The position numbers were made by a program, and so were the translations under genes. The notes beneath the pieces were generated by a model. The model was not told the origin of the DNA, searched no databases, and worked only from the letters and a program-made list of their open reading frames with translations. A DNA stretch of 64,000 nucleotides from Trypanosoma brucei (lineage: Eukaryota). Below are positions 18,054 to 45,987 of the stretch, one piece after another; position 1 is the stretch's first letter; the number at the start of each line of letters is the position of its first letter. The stretch spans positions 384,001 to 448,000 of the forward strand of contig CP000069.1 of the NCBI GenBank assembly GCA_000002445.1, read 5' to 3'.

Positions 18054-20411
18054 CTATGATACTTCGGTGCTTTTTAAGCTCTCTTGCATGTTGGCCAGTT
18101 CTTGCTCTTGTTCCAAAAGCCACTCCATCCCGCCCTTTGAATTGAATTCTTCGTGTGCTTTTGCATACTTGGCCAACTCCTTTGAAAGCTTCTTCAGTTC
18201 CTTTTCCCCAACTACTTCACCACGTGAGTTACTGGTGGGGAGTCCAGTTTCCTCGTCGAAGGTGGCGTACACACTCCCGCTTTGCATCTTGAAGTAATCT
18301 TTCGGAGAGGATGTGTAATTCCTCCACTTTTCCACAAGCTTCTTCTTTGTCTCAATTTGGTTCTGCAACTTCCTCCGCCTGTCGTTGGCCTGTTGCTCTC
18401 TCCGCTCAGAGATTTCCCGCAGCAAAACGGCTGGGTCGTCTCTCTTCCACGTGGTTGGCCCATTGGGACTGTCCTCTATTCGGATACCGGCCTGTGCAAG
18501 CCATTCGTCCCGGATAGCGTCACATAAGGGAAGAAAGTTTGCTGTTGTACCGCTAGCCTTAGCTTCACTACGTACTGAATCGCGGAAGCGAAGCAAAGCT
18601 TCCATCACAGGTACCAATTGGTCATCCGTTTGTCGTGTTTTTGTGAAACCAACCATGTCATTCCCATCCACCACACCAAATACCTGTAGTATCCGGGTAA
18701 CATAACGACCGACCTTGTGCACCAATGTGGCACTGGGGCGTTGTCCTGTGACAAGATACCGGTTTGTCTCGCTCACAAGTCCCATGATCGCTTCCATAGC
18801 GGTGGGGGTGTCAAAGTTGTTGCGCAATGCCGCGTCCACGGCGCTCTCGGTGGAAATCCAGGCCTCATTCAACTTGCGGTCGTGCTCATTGAAGCCCTGT
18901 ATTTCTTTCAGTGTATCACTTCGAAGCACCATATCAACACTTCCAAAGAAAGAACGCAAAACTCTTTCGCGCTCCTTTGCCTCGTCAATGCTTTGATCAG
19001 AGAAATTCATTGCCTTATTCCATTGGTTTGCAAGAAAAAGGAGCCGCATCGTACGCGGAGTTACACCCAGGTCATCCAAAGCATGACGAATAGTAATGAA
19101 ATTCTTCAGACTCTTGCTCATCTTCAGCCCTTTAATGTGTAGGTGACCGCAGTGCAAAAAATAGTTCACCCATTGATGTTGCATACTGTATGCTTCACTC
19201 TGTGCACACTCGTTGTCATGGTGTGGAAACTTCAGGTCGCATCCACCACTATGAATATCCATATTTGTGCCGAGTATATCAGAGGCCATAACCGAGCACT
19301 CAATGTGCCAACCCGGTCTTCCGGCACCCCAAGGTGAAGGCCAGTGGGGTTCACCAGGCTTTGAGAATTTCCACAGCGCGAAATCGTTGGGACTCCGCTT
19401 CTCACCGGCAACACATGCGGCAAGTGCGCCCTCACCTTCCGCCATTTCGGCTTCGGTCGTGTTGCATTCATCGCGCTCGCTTATGGGCTTTAGCTTTGGA
19501 TAGTTGTGCCCCGCCCGTATGAAAGCGGTCGTATCAAAGAACACCGAAGTTTCGCCAGAATAGGCGAAACCGTTGTCCATAATCCTTTGAATAAAGTTGA
19601 CCACTTGCGGAACATACTCTGTCACGCGCGTAATGACATCAGGATCCTTCACCCCGAGGCGCTTCATATCTTCAAAAAAAAGCCGCTCATAACGCCGTGC
19701 ATGATCATCAAATATTTTTTGGTCGGTCACAGTGTGACCCTCGAGCTGGTCCAGCAGGTCACCGTTAATACCTGAGGCCGCATCAAACAGTTCGTCAAAG
19801 TCGCCAGCCTTAATAGCGCTTTGAATACGACCACTTGTGTCACTGAACTGTGTTTCCTTAAGTGCGAGTTCCATGATTTTCTCTTCCCTCTCCATCCGAA
19901 CACGGCTAGAAGTACCCTCTGGCAGCGCTTGCGACAACTTTTCCCTCGTCTCCGAGAGGGCACGCGAAGCCGATCTCTGCGCTTCCACTGTAAATTTAAC
20001 AAGTTTCTCCATATTACCACCCTCAAGAGTCACATCGCGAAAATGACGCAAAAGTGAAGAAACCCTCGCCCGCTTAATAATCTTATCGTCAATATCCGTA
20101 ATATTCATCTGATAAATTACTTTATACCCAAAGAAATCTTCCATAATGCGCCGTAGGATATCAAAAGTAAGGTAAGCGCGCGCATGGCCCATATGAGAGA
20201 CATCATATACCGTTGGCCCACAAGTGTACCACCGCACCAACCGCCCCTCACGAGGTGCAAACTTCTCAAGGCACTCAGTCATGGAATTAAGAACACAAAC
20301 ATCATTGCCATCAACATTCAAAGGCGGATACCACGGCGGATGTCGAGAACGTTTCACAGGTTCACACACATTCAAACCATCTGCTAATAACAAACCGTCA
20401 CTTTCCTTCAT
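18054..20411 (-). CDS. cysteinyl-tRNA synthetase (class I aaRS), 785 aa
   Basis: The HIGH-type motif HMGHARAY sits in the CysRS-typical context YTCGPTVYD, and the KMSKS motif is present. Track codons 1-27 (FVSFTTFRFSL...) translate the polypyrimidine tract. The true ATG (MKESDG) is at 20409-20411. Confidence 0.85.
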   Translation of the reverse strand: MKESDGLLLADGLNVCEPVKRSRHPPWYPPLNVDGNDVCVLNSMTECLEKFAPREGRLVRWYTCGPTVYDVSHMGHARAYLTFDILRRIMEDFFGYKVIYQMNITDIDDKIIKRARVSSLLRHFRDVTLEGGNMEKLVKFTVEAQRSASRALSETREKLSQALPEGTSSRVRMEREEKIMELALKETQFSDTSGRIQSAIKAGDFDELFDAASGINGDLLDQLEGHTVTDQKIFDDHARRYERLFFEDMKRLGVKDPDVITRVTEYVPQVVNFIQRIMDNGFAYSGETSVFFDTTAFIRAGHNYPKLKPISERDECNTTEAEMAEGEGALAACVAGEKRSPNDFALWKFSKPGEPHWPSPWGAGRPGWHIECSVMASDILGTNMDIHSGGCDLKFPHHDNECAQSEAYSMQHQWVNYFLHCGHLHIKGLKMSKSLKNFITIRHALDDLGVTPRTMRLLFLANQWNKAMNFSDQSIDEAKERERVLRSFFGSVDMVLRSDTLKEIQGFNEHDRKLNEAWISTESAVDAALRNNFDTPTAMEAIMGLVSETNRYLVTGQRPSATLVHKVGRYVTRILQVFGVVDGNDMVGFTKTRQTDDQLVPVMEALLRFRDSVRSEAKASGTTANFLPLCDAIRDEWLAQAGIRIEDSPNGPTTWKRDDPAVLLREISERREQQANDRRRKLQNQIETKKKLVEKWRNYTSSPKDYFKMQSGSVYATFDEETGLPTSNSRGEVVGEKELKKLSKELAKYAKAHEEFNSKGGMEWLLEQEQELANMQESLKSTEVS

Positions 20412-20414
20412 CGC

Positions 20415-20560
20415 AAAGCTGCAATTAAAAGAAAACGAAGTTCTGAAAAAATAACGTAAAGAAAAACGAAACGTTGTAAAAGATACAAACAACTAAAAAA
20501 AGTAAAAAAAAAGAACTAAAGCAAAAAAAGGAAAGGAAAAAAGAAAATAGCAAACAAATA
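20415..20560 (-). promoter_or_regulatory. long polypyrimidine tract immediately upstream of the CysRS ATG
   Basis: The + strand is A/G-rich (aaaagaaaacgaag...ggaaaggaaaaaagaaaatagc). The ORF track translates it as an F/S/T-rich pseudo-N-terminus. Confidence 0.6.
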
Positions 20561-20803
20561 AAAAAACACACGCGTGGCTAAGACGGCATCAGCACTCACT
20601 GTACCGGAGCGCAGCACATTCTGCTATGCACATACCACACGCACATGCCCTCCAGGTGTATTACAGTTCCACTACACAGCCGCTCGCCGAAGAAGATAGA
20701 ATTGAGGGGGAGTAAAAAGGGAAGGAAATAAAAACAAAAACCAAGCAATAATGAACGAGAAACACCAATCACAAGGTGAAGCGCAACCCAAGACCACGCC
20801 ACC

Positions 20804-22387
<1,584 letters not shown>

Positions 22388-22467
22388 CTATGCACATACC
22401 ACACGCACATGCCCTCCAGGTGTATTACAGTTCCACTACACAGCCGCTCGCCGAAGAAGATAGAATT

Positions 22468-22510
22468 GAGGGGGAGTAAAAAGGGAAGGAAATAAAAACA
22501 AAAACCAAGC
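22468..22510 (-). promoter_or_regulatory. polypyrimidine tract (trans-splicing and polyadenylation signal) of the CATL repeat unit; recurs in every unit
   Basis: The + strand gggggagtaaaaagggaaggaaataaaaacaaaaaccaagc equals CT-rich on the coding strand. It lies about 310 nt upstream of each CATL ATG and about 60 nt downstream of the preceding copy's stop. AG dinucleotides follow on the coding strand. Confidence 0.6.
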
Positions 22511-22567
22511 AATAATGAACGAGAAACACCAATCACAAGGTGAAGCGCAACCCAAGACCACGCCACC

Positions 22568-24151
<1,584 letters not shown>

Positions 24152-24331
24152 CTATGCACATACCACACGCACATGCCCTCCAGGTGTATTACAGTTCCAC
24201 TACACAGCCGCTCGCCGAAGAAGATAGAATTGAGGGGGAGTAAAAAGGGAAGGAAATAAAAACAAAAACCAAGCAATAATGAACGAGAAACACCAATCAC
24301 AAGGTGAAGCGCAACCCAAGACCACGCCACC

Positions 24332-25915
<1,584 letters not shown>

Positions 25916-26095
25916 CTATGCACATACCACACGCACATGCCCTCCAGGTGTATTACAGTTCCACTACACAGCCGCTCGCCGAAGAAGATAGAATTGAGGG
26001 GGAGTAAAAAGGGAAGGAAATAAAAAAAAAAACCAAGCAATAATGAACGAGAAACACCAATCACAAGGTGAAGCGCAACCCAAGACTACGCCACC

Positions 26096-27676
<1,581 letters not shown>

Positions 27677-27856
27677 CTATGCACATACCACACGCACATG
27701 CCCTCCAGGTGTATTACAGTTCCACTACACAGCCGCTCGCCGAAGAAGATAGAATTGAGGGGGAGTAAAAAGGGAAGGAAATAAAAAAAAAAACCAAGCA
27801 ATAATGAACGAGAAACACCAATCACAAGGTGAAGCGCAACCCAAGACTACGCCACC

Positions 27857-29437
<1,581 letters not shown>

Positions 29438-29617
29438 CTATGCACATACCACACGCACATGCCCTCCAGGTGTATTACAGTTCCACTACACAGCCGCTCG
29501 CCGAAGAAGATAGAATTGAGGGGGAGTAAAAAGGGAAGGAAATAAAAACAAAAACCAAGCAATAATGAACGAGAAACACCAATCACAAGGTGAAGCGCAA
29601 CCCAAGACCACGCCACC

Positions 29618-31201
<1,584 letters not shown>

Positions 31202-31381
31202 CTATGCACATACCACACGCACATGCCCTCCAGGTGTATTACAGTTCCACTACACAGCCGCTCGCCGAAGAAGATAGAATTGAGGGGGAGTAAAAAGGGA
31301 AGGAAATAAAAACAAAAACCAAGCAATAATGAACGAGAAACACCAATCACAAGGTGAAGCGCAACCCAAGACCACGCCACC

Positions 31382-32965
<1,584 letters not shown>

Positions 32966-33145
32966 CTATGCACATACCACACGCACATGCCCTCCAGGTG
33001 TATTACAGTTCCACTACACAGCCGCTCGCCGAAGAAGATAGAATTGAGGGGGAGTAAAAAGGGAAGGAAATAAAAAAAAAAACCAAGCAATAATGAACGA
33101 GAAACACCAATCACAAGGTGAAGCGCAACCCAAGACTACGCCACC

Positions 33146-34726
<1,581 letters not shown>

Positions 34727-34906
34727 CTATGCACATACCACACGCACATGCCCTCCAGGTGTATTACAGTTTCACTACACAGCCGCTCGCCGAAGAAGAT
34801 AGAATTGAGGGGGAGTAAAAAGGGAAGGAAATAAAAAAAAAAACCAAGCAATAATGAACGAGAAACACCAATCACAAGGTGAAGCGCAACCCAAGACTAC
34901 GCCACC

Positions 34907-36487
<1,581 letters not shown>

Positions 36488-36667
36488 CTATGCACATACC
36501 ACACGCACATGCCCTCCAGGTGTATTACAGTTCCACTACACAGCCGCTCGCCGAAGAAGATAGAATTGAGGGGGAGTAAAAAGGGAAGGAAATAAAAAAA
36601 AAAACCAAGCAATAATGAACGAGAAACACCAATCACAAGGTGAAGCGCAACCCAAGACTACGCCACC

Positions 36668-38248
<1,581 letters not shown>

Positions 38249-38428
38249 CTATGCACATACCACACGCACATGCCCTCCAGGTGTATTACAGTTCCACTAC
38301 ACAGCCGCTCGCCGAAGAAGATAGAATTGAGGGGGAGTAAAAAGGGAAGGAAATAAAAAAAAAAACCAAGCAATAATGAACGAGAAACACCAATCACAAG
38401 GTGAAGCGCAACCCAAGACTACGCCACC

Positions 38429-40009
<1,581 letters not shown>

Positions 40010-40198
40010 CTATGCACATACCACACGCACATGCCCTCCAGGTGTATTACAGCTCCAAGATATAGCATCCTGTGTGGGATGTTTTATTTTCTTTTTTAAT
40101 AAAAAAATTTTGATGTTTTTGTTTATTTTTATTTTTATTGATGCTGCCTTTTTTATTGTTATTTGAAGAGAAGAAAATTACTTTTTATTGCATATTAA

Positions 40199-40219
40199 TA
40201 TATATATATATATATATAT
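40199..40219. repeat. (TA)n microsatellite
   Basis: About 10 TA units, inside the T-rich tract at the array's right boundary. Confidence 0.9.
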
Positions 40220-40348
40220 TAGGTTTTTTCTATTTTTAGGATATATATATTTTTTCTCCTTTTTTTGTGTACAGCAGGAGTGACGGTGTCTATTTGTGTT
40301 ATGCTTATGCGTGGTAGCGTTGTTGATGTCGAATTTTTTTTGTGGCCT

Positions 40349-40375
40349 TATATATATATATATATATATATATAT
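40349..40375. repeat. (TA)n microsatellite
   Basis: About 13 TA units. Confidence 0.9.
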
Positions 40376-40851
40376 TAGTTGTCTAATAAATTATGTATAA
40401 CTTTTTGTATTTGGTGATTACCTTTTTACTTTGAGAGATGCGTTGGTTCTCTCTCTATTTTTTTAAGTGTTGTAAAAATTGTGTATATCCTTATGTTTAA
40501 TACTTTGTAAAATTAGATTGTCTTTCTATGATGAAGGGGCATCTCAGAGGGGCCTACTTTTAATTCGTGCCAGTGTGTTCCAGAGAACGGTGTAAGCTAA
40601 GTGTGTTGTGTGTCTTAGATTGAGGTGCATGATGGAAAAGATGATGTATTGAGGTTTGTGTTGGTTAACAGTGATACAGAAGGGCTGTCAGTCTCAGGAA
40701 AGCAGTTTCTCGGGGGCGGGGAGGGGGAGTAGGCGATAGAAATAAGAAGCAATTAAAAAAATAAAAAATGTTACCTTCACGACGGTACAGGCTCGATGGT
40801 CGCCCGTTTTCGATATCCAACATTACACATACTGTTTAGATGAATGAAGAT

Positions 40852-43647
40852 CTACCCTGATGCGATATTTGCCGCCGTTTGTTCTAACACCCACCAAAGT
40901 GATACCGCCATATCCGTCAGAGTGATCTGTCTCCTATTTTCTGTGGAGTGAGAACGCGAAGTAAGGGGGTAGTCGTCAAAAACCTCAACGGTGCGTGGGG
41001 TGACGAACCGTAGCGTCGCAAATGGTGTCAATTCCCTGTGACTTCCCATCGTTTCAACTTTGCAAATCTTCTTTTCCCCGCCTTCTCCATCTCCCTGGCC
41101 CACATTCTCTCCTCGCTGCTGTTTGCTTCGCCGCAGACTGAGGCGCCGAGGCGGGCCTCTTTCAAGTCCGTGGGTAGGAGGTGATTCAGAAGCTTCGACA
41201 CCGCTGCTGTCTACATCCACACTTTGGCCCTGTTTCTTCACTAAACGTACCGAAGGAGAGGTACGAAATGACCTCTCGGCACGTTCGACAAGTTTCCAGA
41301 AACCACTACAGAATTGTCCCGGGATGACCGTGTCTCCCAAGACACAAACTTTGAAAACCTCCCACCACCCCGCGCCGCTGCTGGCGTTGGCAGCTCCATC
41401 ATAAGGCGCGGCACCAGTTGCGGCGCTACGGTCGCTCTTTCTCTCCTTTTGGCGTTGGACAAGCGTAGCAAAGAGGCCTATGGCAACAAGCAAAGATTGA
41501 TGTTGCTGATGCTCGGGCATAAGGCAGAGGGCAAAACCCGAGGCCCGCAGGCATCGGACGACTGGCCAAGGTGTAGCAAGAGCTAAATCAATTGCATTTG
41601 ATGTTGCTTCGACTGCCCATGCATCAACCACTGGAAATATGTCACGTGGGAGAGTGCTGCATAGTAGTAGAGCCTCGAGTTGGAGATGCAGTGCACACTC
41701 AATAAGGCACTCGAGTTCTTCCTCACTTCGGCTGAAGAATGCAGAACAGGGAGCGCCCAAAGTGTCCCCACAACTTGCGGCATCTGTTGTAAAGCGTGAG
41801 ACTGGGTAATGTGCATTGGTATTTGATTTCTCAACTCTTGATAAGTGCCCGTTTGACTTTCTCTCGTGGACAGATTGTTGCTTTGTGAATAACCCACGGC
41901 ATCCAATGAGTCGGCGGGCGGTTGTGGACAAGGTAAACGTAATTGCTGCCAGGGGATCACGACCGACGGACGCTCGTGAGCCTCGCTGCAATGGCACGGT
42001 AAAAAGGGTGGGGCCTTGCTGTTGCTGTTGCTGGTGTATTGGGGCCCGCCGATTGTTATTATTTGCCGCTGCCGTTGTGGTTGGTGGTAGCAATTCAACG
42101 ATGCGCCGCGATTCAGCAACATCTATGCGTACGAAGCTACATGTCGCAGCGCACATAGCACTCCAGCACCGCAACGGTGAAGTTCCTCCCGCATGAAGAG
42201 AGCCGTGCACAGCATGCCGTCTCGCTCTACCTACCCACTTTTCTTGAAGTCTTTCATCGTCTTGTGAGCTTCTGCTTGTCCGAGGAAGAAGGGGTAACAC
42301 GTCGTTTGACCCCATGTGTGCTTCATCAAGCAAACGAACAACCAAAACTATGTCTCCAGCACCCTGTGAAGTTGGAGGTGATGAGGGCATCCGCAGCACA
42401 ACGCCTGAACAAGAAACGACGCATGAGTAGAAGTCCCCCTCTTGAGTGGATTTTCCCGCGCCCCTGTACCCGGTAAGAGCCCGCGGAAGCCAAACGCCCA
42501 CGCGTGACCCACGTCCAATCAGGTTGAAGTTTAACAGAAAAAACGGTGGGGGAAGTCGAAGTCGATACGGCTGCTGCTGTTGTGCTTCCTCAACTAGCAG
42601 GCAGCACAGTATACTGCAGAATGCCTTGAGGTGCGAGGAAAACCGCGGATCCATTTGCACAAGGTTGTGAAGGTGAGGAATGCTCTCAATGAGTGTCGCG
42701 TTTCCCACTAGTGCCACAATCTTAATTGCACAGGAGAAGTAATATGCGCGAGCGAACCGTTTCCCGCACTTGTCAACTGTGGCAAACCAATCACCCAATA
42801 GACCAGTGGCGGCACGTTGCACTTGAGTGCGTTCCTTAGACCGTATGTGAAAAGCTGAAGGGGCACCGCAAACATTGCCGAACTCAGCCTTCTCAGTAAC
42901 CTTCTCATCACTATGAACAAAACTCGTCTTATTGTCGTCACCACCTTCCTCACTATCAGTGGCCGCAGGAATTTCATGTAACTGCAGGAACCACAAAACA
43001 GCCTCCACCCAAGAGGAATTTGTTCCTGCTCCCGCAGTCGGACCAGGCGTCTCTAGTATTTCACCCCCTTGCTTTCCGGGGGACCACTCCTTAGCCCACA
43101 GCGAACCGCTGTGAAAAAGAAGGGCAAGAAAGAGTTGATCAGACCCTAGTAGATGCCTCCAAATTTCAATACAGCGCCTCCACCGCTGGGCGCTGCTGCA
43201 AGCAGAACTGCCCTTATTACTAAAAGACGTAGCATTAAGCGATGCTTTTGTGCTGCACACTCCGTTACCATCATTCTCATGTTCGCGCTGAGCCGTCAAC
43301 AACTTCTCCTCAGCTTCAACCTCCGCCTTCACCTCTGCTCCTTCGTATGTGGTTGTGTCGGCTTCCCAATCATCGTTTTCCACTACTTCTCCTACAAGGT
43401 GCTTGACAAGTGTCGGTAGGAGCCTTTCAAGTGCTCGGGACATATCCAAACCCACACCGCACCCCTCTGCGCTCTGTTTCCCGAGTCGTAGCCTCACACT
43501 TAGTTTTCCTGCTTTCCCGCTTTTGTTTTCTTTTTGACCTTCCGTGCTATTGTTACTGCTATTTCGCCCATTGCGGTGTTCATGTTGATGAGAGCGTGAG
43601 TAATGAAAGAGGACGTGCGTGGGAAAAAATGCCGATGACAAATACAT
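40852..43647 (-). CDS. hypothetical protein (931 aa) with low-complexity Gln/Asn/Ala runs
   Basis: This is a long ORF with a verified ATG (CAT at 43645-43647). It contains QQQQQQ and AAANNNNRR tracts. I recognise no catalytic motif. Confidence 0.5.
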   Translation of the reverse strand: MYLSSAFFPTHVLFHYSRSHQHEHRNGRNSSNNSTEGQKENKSGKAGKLSVRLRLGKQSAEGCGVGLDMSRALERLLPTLVKHLVGEVVENDDWEADTTTYEGAEVKAEVEAEEKLLTAQREHENDGNGVCSTKASLNATSFSNKGSSACSSAQRWRRCIEIWRHLLGSDQLFLALLFHSGSLWAKEWSPGKQGGEILETPGPTAGAGTNSSWVEAVLWFLQLHEIPAATDSEEGGDDNKTSFVHSDEKVTEKAEFGNVCGAPSAFHIRSKERTQVQRAATGLLGDWFATVDKCGKRFARAYYFSCAIKIVALVGNATLIESIPHLHNLVQMDPRFSSHLKAFCSILCCLLVEEAQQQQPYRLRLPPPFFLLNFNLIGRGSRVGVWLPRALTGYRGAGKSTQEGDFYSCVVSCSGVVLRMPSSPPTSQGAGDIVLVVRLLDEAHMGSNDVLPLLPRTSRSSQDDERLQEKWVGRARRHAVHGSLHAGGTSPLRCWSAMCAATCSFVRIDVAESRRIVELLPPTTTAAANNNNRRAPIHQQQQQQGPTLFTVPLQRGSRASVGRDPLAAITFTLSTTARRLIGCRGLFTKQQSVHERKSNGHLSRVEKSNTNAHYPVSRFTTDAASCGDTLGAPCSAFFSRSEEELECLIECALHLQLEALLLCSTLPRDIFPVVDAWAVEATSNAIDLALATPWPVVRCLRASGFALCLMPEHQQHQSLLVAIGLFATLVQRQKERKSDRSAATGAAPYDGAANASSGAGWWEVFKVCVLGDTVIPGQFCSGFWKLVERAERSFRTSPSVRLVKKQGQSVDVDSSGVEASESPPTHGLERGPPRRLSLRRSKQQRGENVGQGDGEGGEKKICKVETMGSHRELTPFATLRFVTPRTVEVFDDYPLTSRSHSTENRRQITLTDMAVSLWWVLEQTAANIASG

Positions 43648-43758
43648 TTAGTTTGTGATTGGAGGGAGATGAAGGAATGAAACGAAGCAGAGGCTGTGGG
43701 AACGTGCGAATATATTTCGCAACCACAAAGTCATTCGCAGAGTTCAGCCAAGGACGCG

Positions 43759-43789
<31 letters not shown>

Positions 43790-43800
43790 GACACACACAC
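43759..43800. repeat. compound (TC)10(AC)n microsatellite
   Basis: tctctctctctctctctctc is followed by acacacacacagacacacacac, in the intergenic region between the 931-aa gene and GLX2. Confidence 0.9.
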
Positions 43801-44109
43801 AGTTTCTTCATTCAGTTCCCGTCCACAGAGAAAAGCTCGAAAAGAACAACCACTCTCTTGGTCACCGCACCGTGCCCCCAAAGAAAATCAAAGAAAAAGA
43901 AAAAAACAACTCCAATAGTAGTATTGTATTCATTTTCCCTTGCGTGGACAACTAGTACCACAACAAACTTATAGAATCCATCGCCGCAAAGTCTCCAAAC
44001 ACTCTCGACCCAACAACATGTGATCACGGCACATTAATGGTTCACACCAGTCCCAGCACTTTTTTTTTTTGGCGTGACACGTCGTAGGTACCACACCATA
44101 GTTCGCGCC

Positions 44110-45000
44110 TTACGGACACGTATTATAGAGGAAGTCCATCAATTTCACGGCGGTTTCGCCCTTATTCATAACACGCACGAATGCTTCATCGCATGTACGG
44201 AGAAAGAGATTCTGTCGTTTCTCCTCCGCGAGTGTACTTGGCACAGTTGGAACGTTGCCTGCAACACTCTCTGTGTAACGGCGCAATTGCGCCTCAACAA
44301 ATGATACATCGGGATGTGAAGCGGGGAGAGCATCACGCGAGAAACGAAGAAAATTGACGGTATACTCGTGTCCAGGGAATATATACGTATGATTGTCTCG
44401 TTTTTGCACATCCGTCGCATCACACGCACTGCTCTCACAGGCACCGTTAAGATTGTACACCTTCCGCAGGGCGCTACACATAAGTACGGCGTCGCCCTCA
44501 AAAAAGGCACCAATGCCACCGACAAACATTGTATCACCGGTGAAGAGTGCAATACCATTCTCCGCCTTTTGCGGGTGGTACACCTTGTATAGAACGTGAC
44601 CACTTGTGTGACATGGGGCGTCCAGCACATCTACCTTTAATTCCCCAATAGAGAAGTGATCACCTTCACGGACCTTTTCTGTGACACCTGGTATGGGTTC
44701 GTTCGCACCGCCGATAATACGGAATGCCCCCATAGCATTCAGTTTTTTCTGAAGGCTGATGTTTCCACCCGAATGATCGTGGTGTTTATGAGTGGAAAGG
44801 ATTGTACGAAGATCGGTCGTGCGGTCGACGCCACCGAGGCGCCGTACATAATCAATTACTGGGTCGATGTCCACTGAAACGTCGACGGCAGCCAGTGTGT
44901 TTGTTGCCTTGTCGTGAATGACATACGAGTAGTTATCCTTCAATACAGGTATTACTGCCACAGTAAAGGCGGTCCCGATGCTCTTCACTACAACTTCCAT
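44110..45000 (-). CDS. GLX2: hydroxyacylglutathione hydrolase (glyoxalase II), metallo-beta-lactamase fold, 296 aa
   Basis: The metal-binding motif HKHHDHSGGN is the MBL/GloB-type THxHxDHxGG motif, with downstream His/Asp ligand contexts (GHVLYKV, FTGDTMF, PGHEY). The ATG at 44998-45000 is verified. Confidence 0.75.
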   Translation of the reverse strand: MEVVVKSIGTAFTVAVIPVLKDNYSYVIHDKATNTLAAVDVSVDIDPVIDYVRRLGGVDRTTDLRTILSTHKHHDHSGGNISLQKKLNAMGAFRIIGGANEPIPGVTEKVREGDHFSIGELKVDVLDAPCHTSGHVLYKVYHPQKAENGIALFTGDTMFVGGIGAFFEGDAVLMCSALRKVYNLNGACESSACDATDVQKRDNHTYIFPGHEYTVNFLRFSRDALPASHPDVSFVEAQLRRYTESVAGNVPTVPSTLAEEKRQNLFLRTCDEAFVRVMNKGETAVKLMDFLYNTCP

Positions 45001-45987
45001 TTTCGGTGGTGGCAGTCCACCTCAAAAATTGTTATCGAAGTTGTGAATAAACGGACAACCCCCCCCCTCCTCTTCAGTGTATAGCCTTTCCACCACCTTT
45101 TGCCCTGACTCTACAAATTGTGTTTGACAATATTGTATACGGAACCGTATTTAGCGCTTCACAGTGAGGACGCTACTGGCAACGATGGCGACGGTGGTTT
45201 TGATAACCGATTTCAAGTGGGAACGGAGTAACGAATGCAAACCTTTTTTTTCTTTCTTCTGTTCCTTGGTTACCGAATCCAACGCCCTAACTCTCCACTG
45301 GGTCTGATGTTAAAACTAAAAACTCAAAACAGATGCTTTTCAGAACCTGATGGGTGTGTGTGAGGGGAGGGATGGGAGAAATAACTGTGAAGGTTGTCGT
45401 CAGAGTGGAAAGTAACCAAACGAGTTTTGGTGAAGAAAGGTCTAGTAAATAAACAATTGAGGAGAGAGGGGGAAAAAAAAATACTACAACCATAACAATA
45501 AGCGAAGAGGCAAAAACATACGCCGCCAGCGCATATTCGACCATCAACGAGGGGATGTGTGGTGAATTTCCGTTACAACCAGATGATAGCGGAGGGAGAG
45601 AAAGGAGCAAATTTCTTCTTTCCCTCTTTTTTTTTTCTACTATCGCCGCAAAAAAAAAAAAGAGAATGATAACAATCAGATCATCGGCGCCCACGAAACT
45701 TCTCAAACACACAGACGTGGATAACCCTCCACCAATATTGCATCACTACCCCTCTTTTTTTTTTCCTTCCTTGCTGCACTCAATTTTGGCACCTCAAGCT
45801 CTCTCAACACCCTTGTTTTTTTTTCTCCACTTTCTTCCCCTCCTCCTCGCTTCTCTCCCCTGTTCCTTCCAGAACCAGTATCATTTTTGAGAGCCCGCAC
45901 AAGGATGCATATAAAATAACCACATATTGCTTGTCCTTCCCTTCTCCATCTCTTTTTTTCTTACCTTCACTTCAGAATACACACCAA

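Noticed and set aside
40060-40520. Anomalous strand composition, T-rich on the + strand and so A-rich on the coding strand, as possible evidence of a + strand gene or strand-switch region.
   Set aside because: The same + strand pyrimidine-rich composition occurs immediately upstream of other minus-strand genes here, for example 47230..47420 upstream of Rpt3 and 14395..14460 upstream of MCA3. There is no credible + strand ORF or reverse-oriented processing signal.
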